Assembly (NCBI GenBank): GCA_963665095.1
Contig: OY762069.1
Coordinates: forward strand, 6,368,001 to 6,432,000
Direction: 5' to 3'
Origin: an uncultured Desulfobacter sp.
GTDB lineage: Bacteria; Desulfobacterota; Desulfobacteria; Desulfobacterales; Desulfobacteraceae
Length of the DNA stretch: 64,000 nucleotides
A model generated the notes under the pieces. It did no database searches. It saw only the letters and a list, made by a program, of their open reading frames with translations, and was not told the origin of the DNA. How positions within the stretch are numbered: position 1 is the stretch's first letter; every line of letters begins with the position of its first letter. The position numbers and the translations under genes are program-made. Below are positions 19,725-28,887 of this stretch, piece after piece.

Positions 19725-22674
19725 CTTTTTCTTCCTTGTCACTGCCTGTTGTTTCTTTTAATTTAAAGGAACAAACTTTTGTGTTGGACAGGCTTGCGGC
19801 AGAGTCTGAAATACCTGACAGATTGATATTGATATCTGTGATAAAATCAATGCCGTCCATGTCCTCGGTAATTGTTACAGCTTCCGGGGAATTCAGGGAC
19901 GGGTATGCCCCGCAGGCCTCTGCTTCATCACACAGATATCCGTCATTATTGGAATCTGTGCCAGCATAAACAAGGAGAGATTTATTATAATAATCACCTG
20001 TCAGGCTGAATTCATAAACCCCGTTTTCACCGGCGGATGAGAACTGGTCCACTACCTGGTAGGTATCCGGATCGATCAGAATCACATAATGATAACCGCC
20101 ATCCGTGGTGGCCGAGTAATCCCCCACCCGCATGGTGACGGAAACAGTGGCATCATTCTGGCTGGAACCTGAAAAGGTAATGGTGCCTGAATAGGACCCA
20201 TTGGAAAGTCCGGAGCGGTCCACTGTGATTGTATACGTACCCAGACTGGTGCTGTCAGTGTCTGTGGCTGTAACGGAGAGCCAGGACGAGTCTGAAACAG
20301 CGCTGCTCACGGTTAATGTGCCCCCGCTCAGGTTGGAAACCGTTACCTCACTGCTTGTCAGGGCCGTTCCAAAGCTGATGCTGGAGGGACTGACTGTCAT
20401 GATTGCCGGGATATACCCGTTTTCAGCACTCTCTTTTGCCACTGTCACGGCTTTTTCAGCATCAATCATCCCGTAACCAAAGTAATTGTCCCGTCCGGAG
20501 TCCCCCAGGTCCCGGGTAAGATATCCCCCTGCCAGAAGACCGTCGAATTCCTCCGGGGTCAGGGCCGGATAAATGCTTTTCATCAGTGCCGCGACCCCTG
20601 CTACATGGGGTGTGGCCATACTGGTGCCAGACATGTTTTCATAGGTGTAGGTGAAGGTCGTACCACTTTTGTCCCCGCAGGTGCTGTACACCTGGGCAGA
20701 TGACGATCCTCCCGGGGCTGCCACATCAACAGTGCTGCCGTAATTTGAATAGGAAGCAAATGTCTGGCTGCTGGTTACCGCGCTTACCGATACCACACCG
20801 TCATAGGCGGCTGGGTAGGAATTTTCAGAGGATGCATCGTTGCCGGCAGCCGCAACAACAATGATGCCCTGTTCCCGGACCTCATCATAGATTTCCTGCT
20901 CATAGCTTGTGGCACCTTCACCGCCAAGGCTCATATTAATAATATCTGCCGGATTATCAGGAACCGTGCCGGAATCGTTATCAAGACCGGCGGCATACTT
21001 GACGGCCTGCATAACATCGTAGGTGGTGCCTCCGCCAATGCCCAGGGCACGCAACGGCATGATTTTTATGTTCCAGGCCACGCCGGCGATCCCGGGACTT
21101 TCATCTGCCTCCGTATTGGACTCTGCAGCGATGATGCCTGCCACATGGGTGCCGTGAAAGGAACAGTCCGCATCATTGTCATCATCCCCGGTATCATCCG
21201 GGTTGTCATCAATACCTGATTCATCATCCCCTGAGATGCTGTCTTCCGAAATAAAGTCATATCCGTCCACAAGCTGGTCATTGAGGTCCGGATGGCTGAG
21301 CAGCACACCGGTATCCACGACAGCCACAATCACATCGCTGGAACCTGTGGTGATATCCCAGGCCGCCTCAAGGTTGATTAAAGGAAGGTTCCACTGGTGT
21401 GCTGAATAATACTCATCATTGGGTGTTGCCAAGGCCTTACGAATATAGTTGGGCTCTGCATATTTCACACCGGACTGCTGGCGTAACCCCCGGATCATCC
21501 ACAGGGTTTCCAGTTTTTCTCTGGTCTCGTCATCCATATTGCCAGGGGCCACACTGCGCTGGAATGCGTCGCCCACCCCCAGTTTTTCAAACAAAGTATC
21601 TTTATCCGCATATTCTTTGGGGGCTAACAGTTTGTCCCGGCTGGCACGGCCTGCTTTTGTGGAAAACCCCAAAGCAGATACAGCTTTGGGTTCTGCTGCA
21701 GATGAGGCACTGACCCCAGTGCTGTCATCTTCAAACCGGACCAGAATCTCTCCGGGCACAAAATTATCCTTAACGCGCAACTGCCCGGTATTGGCGATTT
21801 CAGCCTGTCCGAGAATCAGTGCATACATGGTGAATGTACGGATGACACCGGATTCCACTGCTACCACGCGGACATAATAGATGCCGTCCGATGGTACAGT
21901 CAGAGAGGCAATACCATTGCTGTCGGTTGTGGTTGATCCCACAAGGGACTGGCTGCTGTCATACAGATACAGATCCAGTTCAGATGTCCGGGTATCTTCC
22001 ACCATGTACAGGGTGACAACCAGGCCTTCGGTCAGTTCGATCTGATAGTAATCCTCATAATCGCCGCTGAAGGAAAATCTATCCCCGAATGAGCCGGTAA
22101 AGTTTACATTCACAAACCCGCTGACCGTGATCAAATCATCCGAGACAGATATCTCCTGAGCCGCGTCAAAGGAGTCATTGGAGGTATATGAGGCATTGGG
22201 GTCATTGACATCACTGTCTTCAATCATATTCTGTGCAGAGGTAATTGTCCCGGAGACGGTTCCATTTTCCGGCGTATCATTTTCCTGTACTTCAATTTGT
22301 TTTGAGGTACTGCCTGTGGCGCCGCCATTATCGGTAACCGTTAGCTGCACGGTATATGTCCCGGCTGTCTGAAACGCGTGCAGCACGGTTTCTCCACTGC
22401 CTGAATCTCCGTCGCCAAAGTCCCATTGAAAGGTATATATCGTTCCATCGCTGTCAGTGGAGTCGGACCCGTCAAATTCCATCTCCTCTGTGGCAGTGCC
22501 CACCTCTGGTGATATGCTGAATGACGCTGCCGGTGCCGCATTGTCTGAATCAGAGCCGCCACCGCCTCCACTGTTACAGCCGGTGCTTAAAAGGATGATA
22601 CCGGCCAGCACAGCCAGAATGGATTTATTTTTAATTATGAACGTCCATGGTTTCAATATGGTCATAACAGCCAT
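19696..22674 (-). CDS. Lipoprotein S8 (subtilisin-like) serine peptidase with PKD and PPC domains
   Basis: Lipobox LSTGC; PKD WDFGDG; triad VAVVDTG, HGTHVAG, SGTSMATPHVAG; oxyanion AAGN. Confidence 0.93.
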   Translation of the reverse strand: MAVMTILKPWTFIIKNKSILAVLAGIILLSTGCNSGGGGGSDSDNAAPAASFSISPEVGTATEEMEFDGSDSTDSDGTIYTFQWDFGDGDSGSGETVLHAFQTAGTYTVQLTVTDNGGATGSTSKQIEVQENDTPENGTVSGTITSAQNMIEDSDVNDPNASYTSNDSFDAAQEISVSDDLITVSGFVNVNFTGSFGDRFSFSGDYEDYYQIELTEGLVVTLYMVEDTRTSELDLYLYDSSQSLVGSTTTDSNGIASLTVPSDGIYYVRVVAVESGVIRTFTMYALILGQAEIANTGQLRVKDNFVPGEILVRFEDDSTGVSASSAAEPKAVSALGFSTKAGRASRDKLLAPKEYADKDTLFEKLGVGDAFQRSVAPGNMDDETREKLETLWMIRGLRQQSGVKYAEPNYIRKALATPNDEYYSAHQWNLPLINLEAAWDITTGSSDVIVAVVDTGVLLSHPDLNDQLVDGYDFISEDSISGDDESGIDDNPDDTGDDDNDADCSFHGTHVAGIIAAESNTEADESPGIAGVAWNIKIMPLRALGIGGGTTYDVMQAVKYAAGLDNDSGTVPDNPADIINMSLGGEGATSYEQEIYDEVREQGIIVVAAAGNDASSENSYPAAYDGVVSVSAVTSSQTFASYSNYGSTVDVAAPGGSSSAQVYSTCGDKSGTTFTYTYENMSGTSMATPHVAGVAALMKSIYPALTPEEFDGLLAGGYLTRDLGDSGRDNYFGYGMIDAEKAVTVAKESAENGYIPAIMTVSPSSISFGTALTSSEVTVSNLSGGTLTVSSAVSDSSWLSVTATDTDSTSLGTYTITVDRSGLSNGSYSGTITFSGSSQNDATVSVTMRVGDYSATTDGGYHYVILIDPDTYQVVDQFSSAGENGVYEFSLTGDYYNKSLLVYAGTDSNNDGYLCDEAEACGAYPSLNSPEAVTITEDMDGIDFITDININLSGISDSAASLSNTKVCSFKLKETTGSDKEEKAISRPSQTP

Positions 22675-22977
22675 TTCCCTTTCCTGTTGGATACAAAGGT
22701 GGAATTGTTTTTGAGGTTGTTAAAATTTTCTTTGAAACTGCCAGATGGAAAAAACCGGGTAGATTTGTTCAGTACTCCTATATTCACGTATTGCACGGGT
22801 TCTGTCAATATTTGGCTGGCAGAACTGCCACATTCAGCCACCCAGGCACGTGTGATCTATCTATGCTGAGGTAACATATTTTGTCAAGAAGGGGGGAAAG
22901 AATAAAGTCTCATGGGTCCGTCTCCGAACCCATGATCGTCCGTTTTGATCATGGGTCCGAATCAGGCAGGGGATAAA

Positions 22978-23544
22978 TCAGGCCCGGGACATGTATTTTC
23001 TGGTTTCGGTATTCACCTTGACCATCTCGCCGGTGTCAAGATATTCCGGTATCTGGATTTCAACTCCGTTGGACAGGGTGGCGGGTTTTGTTCTGGCTGT
23101 GGCGCTGGCACCTTTGATGCCGGGGGCTGTTTCAGTAATTTCAAAAACAAGTGAAGCAGGAATTTCAATGGCTGCCAGGTTGCCGTCAATGAACATCCCC
23201 ACAATATCCTCCATGCCGTCTGTGAGCCATACCAGCTGGTCTTCAATGGCATCCTCGGCAATCATGTACTGGCCGTATTCCACTGTGTCCATAAATACAT
23301 GCAGATCCCCGTCCGGATAGAGGTACTGCACAGATTTTCTCTGCAAGTCCACGTCGTCCAGCATATCCGCACCCTTATACGACTCTTCATATTTCTGACG
23401 GGTTTTGATACTGCTGAATCTGACCTTGTAAAGGGTGACAGCCCCCCTTGCGGACGGTGTTTTTACATCAATATGTTTGACCAGATGGGGCTCGCCGCTG
23501 ATACTGACTACCTGGCCTTTTTTTAAATCACATGCTTTTGGCAT
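22978..23544 (-). CDS. yeiP: Elongation factor P-like protein EfpL/YeiP
   Basis: MPKACDLKKG, loop TPSARG (Arg tip), KGASATARTKPA, IPEYL, YMSRA. Confidence 0.9.
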   Translation of the reverse strand: MPKACDLKKGQVVSISGEPHLVKHIDVKTPSARGAVTLYKVRFSSIKTRQKYEESYKGADMLDDVDLQRKSVQYLYPDGDLHVFMDTVEYGQYMIAEDAIEDQLVWLTDGMEDIVGMFIDGNLAAIEIPASLVFEITETAPGIKGASATARTKPATLSNGVEIQIPEYLDTGEMVKVNTETRKYMSRA

Positions 23545-23752
23545 ATTGGTTTCTCCTGTAATATGGGGATGGTCCTGCTTTGACAACATGTCGTCCTGCG
23601 CTCAAATGCTGCAGATATTTTTTGCCTGTTTACCAGTCAAAAGGGTCCAAGGCAAGTTTTATTCAATCTTCTTGACTGTTATTTGTTTTTTTGCGTTAAT
23701 AGCCTGGCATAAATTAGAGATGCCGTAACATTATGAATTAAAGGAGTTTTTA

Positions 23753-24979
23753 ATGGCAAAGGAAAAAGTGGTTCTGGCATATTCCGGCGGGCTTGATACG
23801 TCGGTAATCCTTAAATGGCTGCTGGAGCAGGGATACGAAGTTTTTGCATACATGGCTGATATCGGCCAGGAAGAAGACTTTAAAGCGGCTGAGCAGAAGG
23901 CCCTTAAAATCGGTGCCTCAAAGGTGTTTATTGAGGATATGAAAAAAGAGTTTGTCACCGATTATATATTTCCCGTTTTTAAATCAAACACCGTATATGA
24001 AGGCCGCTATCTTTTAGGAACCGCCATTGCCCGGCCCATCATTGCCAAAAAGCAGATTGAAATCGCCAATAAAGTGGGTGCCCAGTATGTGTCCCACGGC
24101 GCCACCGGCAAAGGAAACGACCAGGTCCGGTTTGAGCTCTCCTACTATGCCCTGAATCCGGCCATCAAGGTGATTGCCCCGTGGAAAGATAAAGGTTTCC
24201 TTGACGCCTTCCAGGGCCGGTCTGACCTTCTGGCCTATGCGGAAAAGCATGGAATTCCAACCAAACAGACCGCAGCCAAACCCTATAGTGAGGATGAAAA
24301 CCTGCTGCACATCTCCCATGAGGCAGGTATTCTCGAAGACCCGGGCGCTGTATGTGATGAGAGCATTTATTCCAGGACTGTTTCCCCGGAAAAGGCCCCG
24401 GATACGCCCACCCGCATTACCATTGAATTCAAGGATGGGATTCCGGTGAAGGTGAAGAACCTGGAAGACGGCACCGAGAAAACAGACGCCCTGGAATTGT
24501 TTGAATACTTAAATACACTGGGTGCTGAAAACGGTATCGGCCGTCTGGACATGGTGGAGAACCGGTTTGTGGGCATCAAATCCCGCGGTGTGTATGAAAC
24601 CCCGGGGGGAACCATCCTGCACGAGGCCCACAAGGACATTGAAGGCGTTGCCATGGACCGTGAGGTGATGCGGCTTCGTGACATGCTGGCAGCCAAACTC
24701 GGTGAACTGGTTTACTATGGGTTCTGGTTCAGCCCGGAAATGGATTTTCTCATGGCCGCCATGGACAAAAGCCAGGAACTCATCGACGGCGAAGTAACAT
24801 TGAAACTGTTTAAAGGGGTGGCCTATCCCATCTCAAGGACCTCGCCTTCATCCCTTTACAACCAGGATCTCTCCTCCATGGATATCACCGGCGGCTACAA
24901 CCAGGAAGATGCCGAAGGTTTCATCCGCGTTAACGCCATCCGCCTGATGGCCCACAGGGACATTACTTCCAGAAACTGA
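23753..24979 (+). CDS. argG: Argininosuccinate synthase
   Basis: [42 protein letters not shown]. Confidence 0.97.
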   Translation: MAKEKVVLAYSGGLDTSVILKWLLEQGYEVFAYMADIGQEEDFKAAEQKALKIGASKVFIEDMKKEFVTDYIFPVFKSNTVYEGRYLLGTAIARPIIAKKQIEIANKVGAQYVSHGATGKGNDQVRFELSYYALNPAIKVIAPWKDKGFLDAFQGRSDLLAYAEKHGIPTKQTAAKPYSEDENLLHISHEAGILEDPGAVCDESIYSRTVSPEKAPDTPTRITIEFKDGIPVKVKNLEDGTEKTDALELFEYLNTLGAENGIGRLDMVENRFVGIKSRGVYETPGGTILHEAHKDIEGVAMDREVMRLRDMLAAKLGELVYYGFWFSPEMDFLMAAMDKSQELIDGEVTLKLFKGVAYPISRTSPSSLYNQDLSSMDITGGYNQEDAEGFIRVNAIRLMAHRDITSRN

Positions 24980-24997
24980 TATTGCTTCAACTGCGTC

Positions 24998-25024
24998 CGG
25001 CACAGGCCCTAAACGTCTGTGCCG
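24998..25024. terminator. Hairpin between convergent argG and marR, likely terminator
   Basis: cggcacag...ctgtgccg stem. Confidence 0.45.
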
Positions 25025-25065
25025 GATGATGCATAGCACTTCCGTGGGTTTTTTCTGATGGCTGA

Positions 25066-25608
25066 CTATGGCTGGAACCGTCTGCCTTGGAATGGGCCGT
25101 GTCCATGGTGGCGGGGCCTGCGTCCAAGCCTGCGATGTCCGTGAGAATGGGACGGGGCATCCGATTCGCTCTTTAATGATTCAATGAGTTTTTCAAGAAT
25201 TTTTTTCAACTGTTCCTGTTCTTCAGAGTTGAGACAGGCGAACATGCTGTTTTCATTGTTCATGCCGGCGGATGTCATCTCCTGACACCCATCAGGCTTT
25301 GACAACGGAATTGTGGAAATGATAAAGCCTCTTTTATCTTCAGGGTTTTTTTCCCGTTTAATAAAACCGCTCCGCTCCAGTTTGCCTATGATTTCGCTTA
25401 AAGAGGATGAGCGAATATCAAGCAGCGCCATCAGCTCCTTCTGTGTTATCTGACCCCGCTCCCTGATGATAGAAAGGGTTCGGGCCTGGGCATGGTTCCC
25501 ATGGTCGTGTCGGTGGGAAATTCTTGCCATCATTCTATAGGTCATCCGGAACAGGTGGGCCAGATTCCGGTCACCTGTTTCCGGGATTGTCGATTCACCC
25601 ATTCCCAT
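25066..25608 (-). CDS. MarR family regulator with His/Arg-rich C-terminal tail
   Basis: ITQKELMALLDIRSSSLSEIIGKLERSGFIKREKNPEDKR; tail HSHGHRR...HHGHG. Confidence 0.88.
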   Translation of the reverse strand: MGMGESTIPETGDRNLAHLFRMTYRMMARISHRHDHGNHAQARTLSIIRERGQITQKELMALLDIRSSSLSEIIGKLERSGFIKREKNPEDKRGFIISTIPLSKPDGCQEMTSAGMNNENSMFACLNSEEQEQLKKILEKLIESLKSESDAPSHSHGHRRLGRRPRHHGHGPFQGRRFQP

Positions 25609-25614
25609 ATTCGT

Positions 25615-25899
25615 TTAGCATCCCTTGCCGGAAGATTCAAAAAAAGCCTCTCCCTTTGGGCAGCCAGGTGCACTGGCGGGGCAGTGGTTTTTGCAAAGGG
25701 GACAGGCATCCAGGGTAATGCCGGTATCCATTGGCCGGGGCATGACTGGTATTTCGTCCGGTCTCTTTAATGTATGTAAAAAGCCCGTGGAGGCTCCGCC
25801 TCCACGACCAAAGCCCTGTCCAAAACCGTGGTGGCGTCCGTGTGTTCCCCGGCGTCCTCCGCATCTATCTTTTCTTCCGTGTTTTCTGTTTCCAAACAT
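25615..25899 (-). CDS. Small Gly/His-rich protein with C-terminal Cys cluster
   Basis: AGGAGA RBS; CPLCKNHCPASAPGCPKG; stop 6 bp before the marR start. Confidence 0.7.
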   Translation of the reverse strand: MFGNRKHGRKDRCGGRRGTHGRHHGFGQGFGRGGGASTGFLHTLKRPDEIPVMPRPMDTGITLDACPLCKNHCPASAPGCPKGEAFFESSGKGC

Positions 25900-25921
25900 A
25901 GTATCTCCTTGTAATGAATTG

Positions 25922-26004
25922 GTAGTATCAAAAAGGAAGGTGCCTTCCTTTTTGATACTACTATATGCAATTATGGGAGATTGTCAATACAGGAAGGTAC
26001 CTTT
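25922..26004 (-). promoter_or_regulatory. Sigma70 promoter overlapped by a 40-bp palindromic operator (probable MarR site)
   Basis: Minus-strand TTGACA (25987-25982)-16 nt-TATAGT (25965-25960); gtagtatcaaaaaggaagg-tg-ccttcctttttgatactac at 25922-25961; second core aggaaggtaccttt at 25991. Confidence 0.75.
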
Positions 26005-26030
26005 ATATTTATAAGCCTGTTTGACACTCA

Positions 26031-26333
26031 TCAGACTTTAAAATGCTTTACCAGGTTATTGAGGTTCGCGGCCAGATCCGCGAACTCAGCTGATTTGCGG
26101 TCTACGGTGTTGCTCATTTCGGCCATATGGCCGGCTGCCTGATTCACATCGGCAATATCTTTTGAAATCTCAGCTGTCACAGAGGCGCTTTGGTTGACAT
26201 TCCCGGTCACATTCTGAATACCGGTGGACACCTGATGAATATTTTTAGCAATTTCCTTTGTCACAGATGATTATTCGTCTATGGCAGCCGCAATGGATGA
26301 GACGATATCATTCACGTCAGAAATTATTTTTGT
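26031..26333 (-). pseudogene. C-terminal remnant of a methyl-accepting chemotaxis protein
   Basis: Frame reads TKIISDVNDIVSSIAAAIDE*SSVTKEIAKNI...LNNLVKHFKV; in-frame TAA where EEQ is expected; no N-terminus. Confidence 0.8.
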
Positions 26334-26343
26334 GTCTGTTCCT

Positions 26344-26625
26344 TTAGTATCCTCTCCTTCTGAATGACTTCTTCTTTTTTTTGCCTCCGGAATCGGCGTG
26401 GTTGATTTTAATAGGTTTTTTATCAATTATGTTGCCGTTCAACGCCTTGATGGCTTTATCCGCTTCAGAATTGCTTGGCATTTCCACAAACCCGAACCCT
26501 TTGGAAAATCCCTTAAATCTATCTTTTATAATTTTAACACTTTCAACTTCGCCAAAAGCTTCAAACATCTGCCTGAGCGTATCTTCTGTCATTTGTGGCG
26601 TCATATTACCGACATAAATTTTCAT
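26344..26625 (-). CDS. RRM RNA-binding protein
   Basis: RNP2 KIYVGNM, RNP1 KGFGFVEM; start at MKIYV. Confidence 0.93.
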   Translation of the reverse strand: MKIYVGNMTPQMTEDTLRQMFEAFGEVESVKIIKDRFKGFSKGFGFVEMPSNSEADKAIKALNGNIIDKKPIKINHADSGGKKKKKSFRRRGY

Positions 26626-26860
26626 ATATACCTTCCTTTGTTTCAAAGTTACGGCCTAACAGGCGCATGTCAGTCCCCGGCAGCTGATACTTTTTTCAAG
26701 GCCGTCTGTCTGCTTTATATTGGGCTGCTGAAGATATCCCAAGTTTATCCGTTTCTCCATTGGTATCCTGGAACTGCAGCGTATTCCTGAACATCCGAAT
26801 ATTCATATTGCCGATTTCCAGGGGTGTATTACGAATGCGCACCTCGGACACGGGAATCCT

Positions 26861-27013
26861 TTATTCCTGTTCTTCCGGGTGGCCGTCTTCAAGGTCAGCT
26901 TCGGTTTTTGTATCCTTTTTTTCGGCCCTTCGCCGACGTTTCTCTTCTTTTTTCTTTTTTTTGTTCAGCTCCTTTTGCCTTTTCTCCCAGGAATATTGAT
27001 TTCGGACTGCCAT
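26861..27013 (-). CDS. 50-aa basic coiled-coil protein (below the ORF-track cutoff)
   Basis: MAVRNQYSWEKRQKELNKKKKKEEKRRRRAEKKDTKTEADLEDGHPEEQE*; GGAGGG RBS; co-oriented between helicase and RRM. Confidence 0.72.
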   Translation of the reverse strand: MAVRNQYSWEKRQKELNKKKKKEEKRRRRAEKKDTKTEADLEDGHPEEQE

Positions 27014-27099
27014 GTCCCTCCATTTGGGTTCATCTGTTAAGTGCCTGCAGAAAATCGGGCTCAGTGACGCCGTTTTTCACAGGAACGGTTTATGGCCAT

Positions 27100-28224
27100 T
27101 CAGGCCGGTATTAAAGATTCTTCTGTCATTTTTTTGCCAAGAGCCTTTTCAATCAGTGCAATGGCTTTATTGTCTTCCGCAGATGCAAAGGTATAGGCCT
27201 GACCGGAAAGATTGGCCCTGCCGGTTCGACCGGTTCTGTGAATATAGGTTTCCACCGTATCCGGCAGATCATAGTTGATCACATGGGAAACCCCTGAAAC
27301 ATCAATTCCTCTGGCCGCAATATCCGTTGCCACGAGTATTTTGAACGCACCGTTGCGAAAACCCTCCATTGCCCTGCGTCGCTGGTTCTGGGATAAATTC
27401 CCCTGCAGGGACACGGCATTAAATCCTGATTTTTTCAACTGGACGGCAAGGCTTTTCGCCTTATGCTTGGTCCGCGTGAATACAATGGTGCTGACCATAC
27501 CATTTTGGGTGAACAATGTTTTGAGCAATGCTGTCCGCTTATCCCTTTGAACCTTAAACCGGCCATGGGCGATGCGGGTTACAGGCTTTGTATGATTGAT
27601 CTGAACCCTGACCGGGTTGTGTAAAATATCCTGGACCAGATTGCCGATGGGTTTCGGCATGGTGGCGGAGAAAACCAGAGACTGGCGCTGTGTGGGCAGA
27701 TACTTGATAATCCGTCTGATATCGGGCAGAAATCCCATGTCAAGCATCTGATCCGCTTCATCCAGGACCAGAATGTCGACCCCTTTAAGCGTCAGTGCTC
27801 TGTCATTTATAAGATCCAGCAGCCGTCCCGGGCAGGCCACAACAATATCCACCCCTTTTTTAAGGGTTTTGATCTGAAGGTGTTTTCCAACCCCACCGTA
27901 AACAGCCGCACTTTTAACAGAGGTATGAATTGCCATCATCTTTATGCTTTCATGAATTTGCTCGGCAAGTTCCCGGGTAGGGGCCATGATCAGAACTGAC
28001 GGTGACGCGGGTGATGGGGTCGAAGGCCTTTTTAGCAAATGCTGGAGAATGGGCAAAACAAAAGCAACCGTTTTTCCGGTTCCGGTCTGGGCAAGGCCAA
28101 GTATATCTTTCCCGTTAAGAATAGGGGGGATTGCTTTCTGCTGGATGGGGCTGGGATGGGTGTAGCCCGCATCATGAATGCCTGACAGGATGTCAGGAAG
28201 AAAATTAAACTGGGTAAAACGCAT
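27100..28224 (-). CDS. DEAD-box RNA helicase (RhlE-like)
   Basis: AQTGTGKT, PTRELA, LDEADQMLDMGF, SAT, ARGID, HRTGRTGRA; start at MRFTQ after GGAG. Confidence 0.95.
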   Translation of the reverse strand: MRFTQFNFLPDILSGIHDAGYTHPSPIQQKAIPPILNGKDILGLAQTGTGKTVAFVLPILQHLLKRPSTPSPASPSVLIMAPTRELAEQIHESIKMMAIHTSVKSAAVYGGVGKHLQIKTLKKGVDIVVACPGRLLDLINDRALTLKGVDILVLDEADQMLDMGFLPDIRRIIKYLPTQRQSLVFSATMPKPIGNLVQDILHNPVRVQINHTKPVTRIAHGRFKVQRDKRTALLKTLFTQNGMVSTIVFTRTKHKAKSLAVQLKKSGFNAVSLQGNLSQNQRRRAMEGFRNGAFKILVATDIAARGIDVSGVSHVINYDLPDTVETYIHRTGRTGRANLSGQAYTFASAEDNKAIALIEKALGKKMTEESLIPA

Positions 28225-28670
28225 TAAAACTCCTGAATGCAGACATTTTGGACGCAAACCCTTATTGGCGGGCTTAAAGACCTTCTATCTGCTTACATAT
28301 AATTTAGGTGAAAAAAGATAAGCTGAAGATAAAAGGCACATCTCAACTTAAAGAAGACATAAAAAGCGTATCCAACAACATCTTCATACTGTTTCCACGG
28401 TTAAGTATCAGTAAAAACGTCAGCGTTAACGTACGGTGTTTGTCAGACAACGCGGTCAGCGAGGTGTGCCTGAAAGAAAAAAATCTGACAGGAAATTTGC
28501 CTTTACTGGCATTCGGACGATTAATCATACACAAAGGTTTGAAAATTGCAAGGAGAATAACTATTCAGGATTTCGTTGATTTGTACAAATCAGGGGCCTG
28601 ATGCTGGCCATATTGGCTCCTTGCACACAAGCCCTGATTTGTTAAGCCCAACAATTTAACAAAAAACTCA

Positions 28671-28703
28671 ACAAAAAACAGGGGGCATACAATATGCCCC
28701 CTG
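28671..28703 (-). terminator. Rho-independent terminator downstream of the acyl-CoA dehydrogenase
   Basis: cagggggcata-ttg-tatgccccctg followed by ttttttg on the minus strand. Confidence 0.8.
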
Positions 28704-28813
28704 TCAGGAGCGGCTGCAATATCGGGGGATACCCTAAAAGCGCATGATACCAGCGGATGAAAGTTCTCTCAAAGAGATTGTTGGTTCAGCCCGGCAACTG
28801 CCTGGCAGGGGGC
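28696..28813. ncRNA. Candidate structured RNA / antiterminator (unclassified)
   Basis: gccccctgtcagg (28696-28708) pairs with cctggcagggggc (28801-28813), extended by gcggctgc/gcaactgc; overlaps one terminator arm. Confidence 0.35.
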
Positions 28814-28887
28814 TGCTGAAAATTGATCGCCCGATTCAGGTGTATGATGCCCGGTCATCAATTCACCAGGCCAGTTACCCCGACGCT

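Noticed and set aside
21170..21270. Asp-rich repetitive DNA in the S8 gene
   Set aside because: Coding low-complexity, probably a Ca-binding loop of the subtilase
22910..22960. Repeated tcatgggtccg / cccatga after efpL
   Set aside because: Only short units forming a local hairpin; not a CRISPR or tandem array
28308..28601. 97-aa plus and 63-aa minus ORFs upstream of the helicase
   Set aside because: No motifs or clear RBS; more likely helicase leader and promoter sequence
28696..28813. 6S RNA assignment (rod shape, gaaccaac motif)
   Set aside because: Only about 118 nt and lacks the complementary 3' central segment; left unclassified
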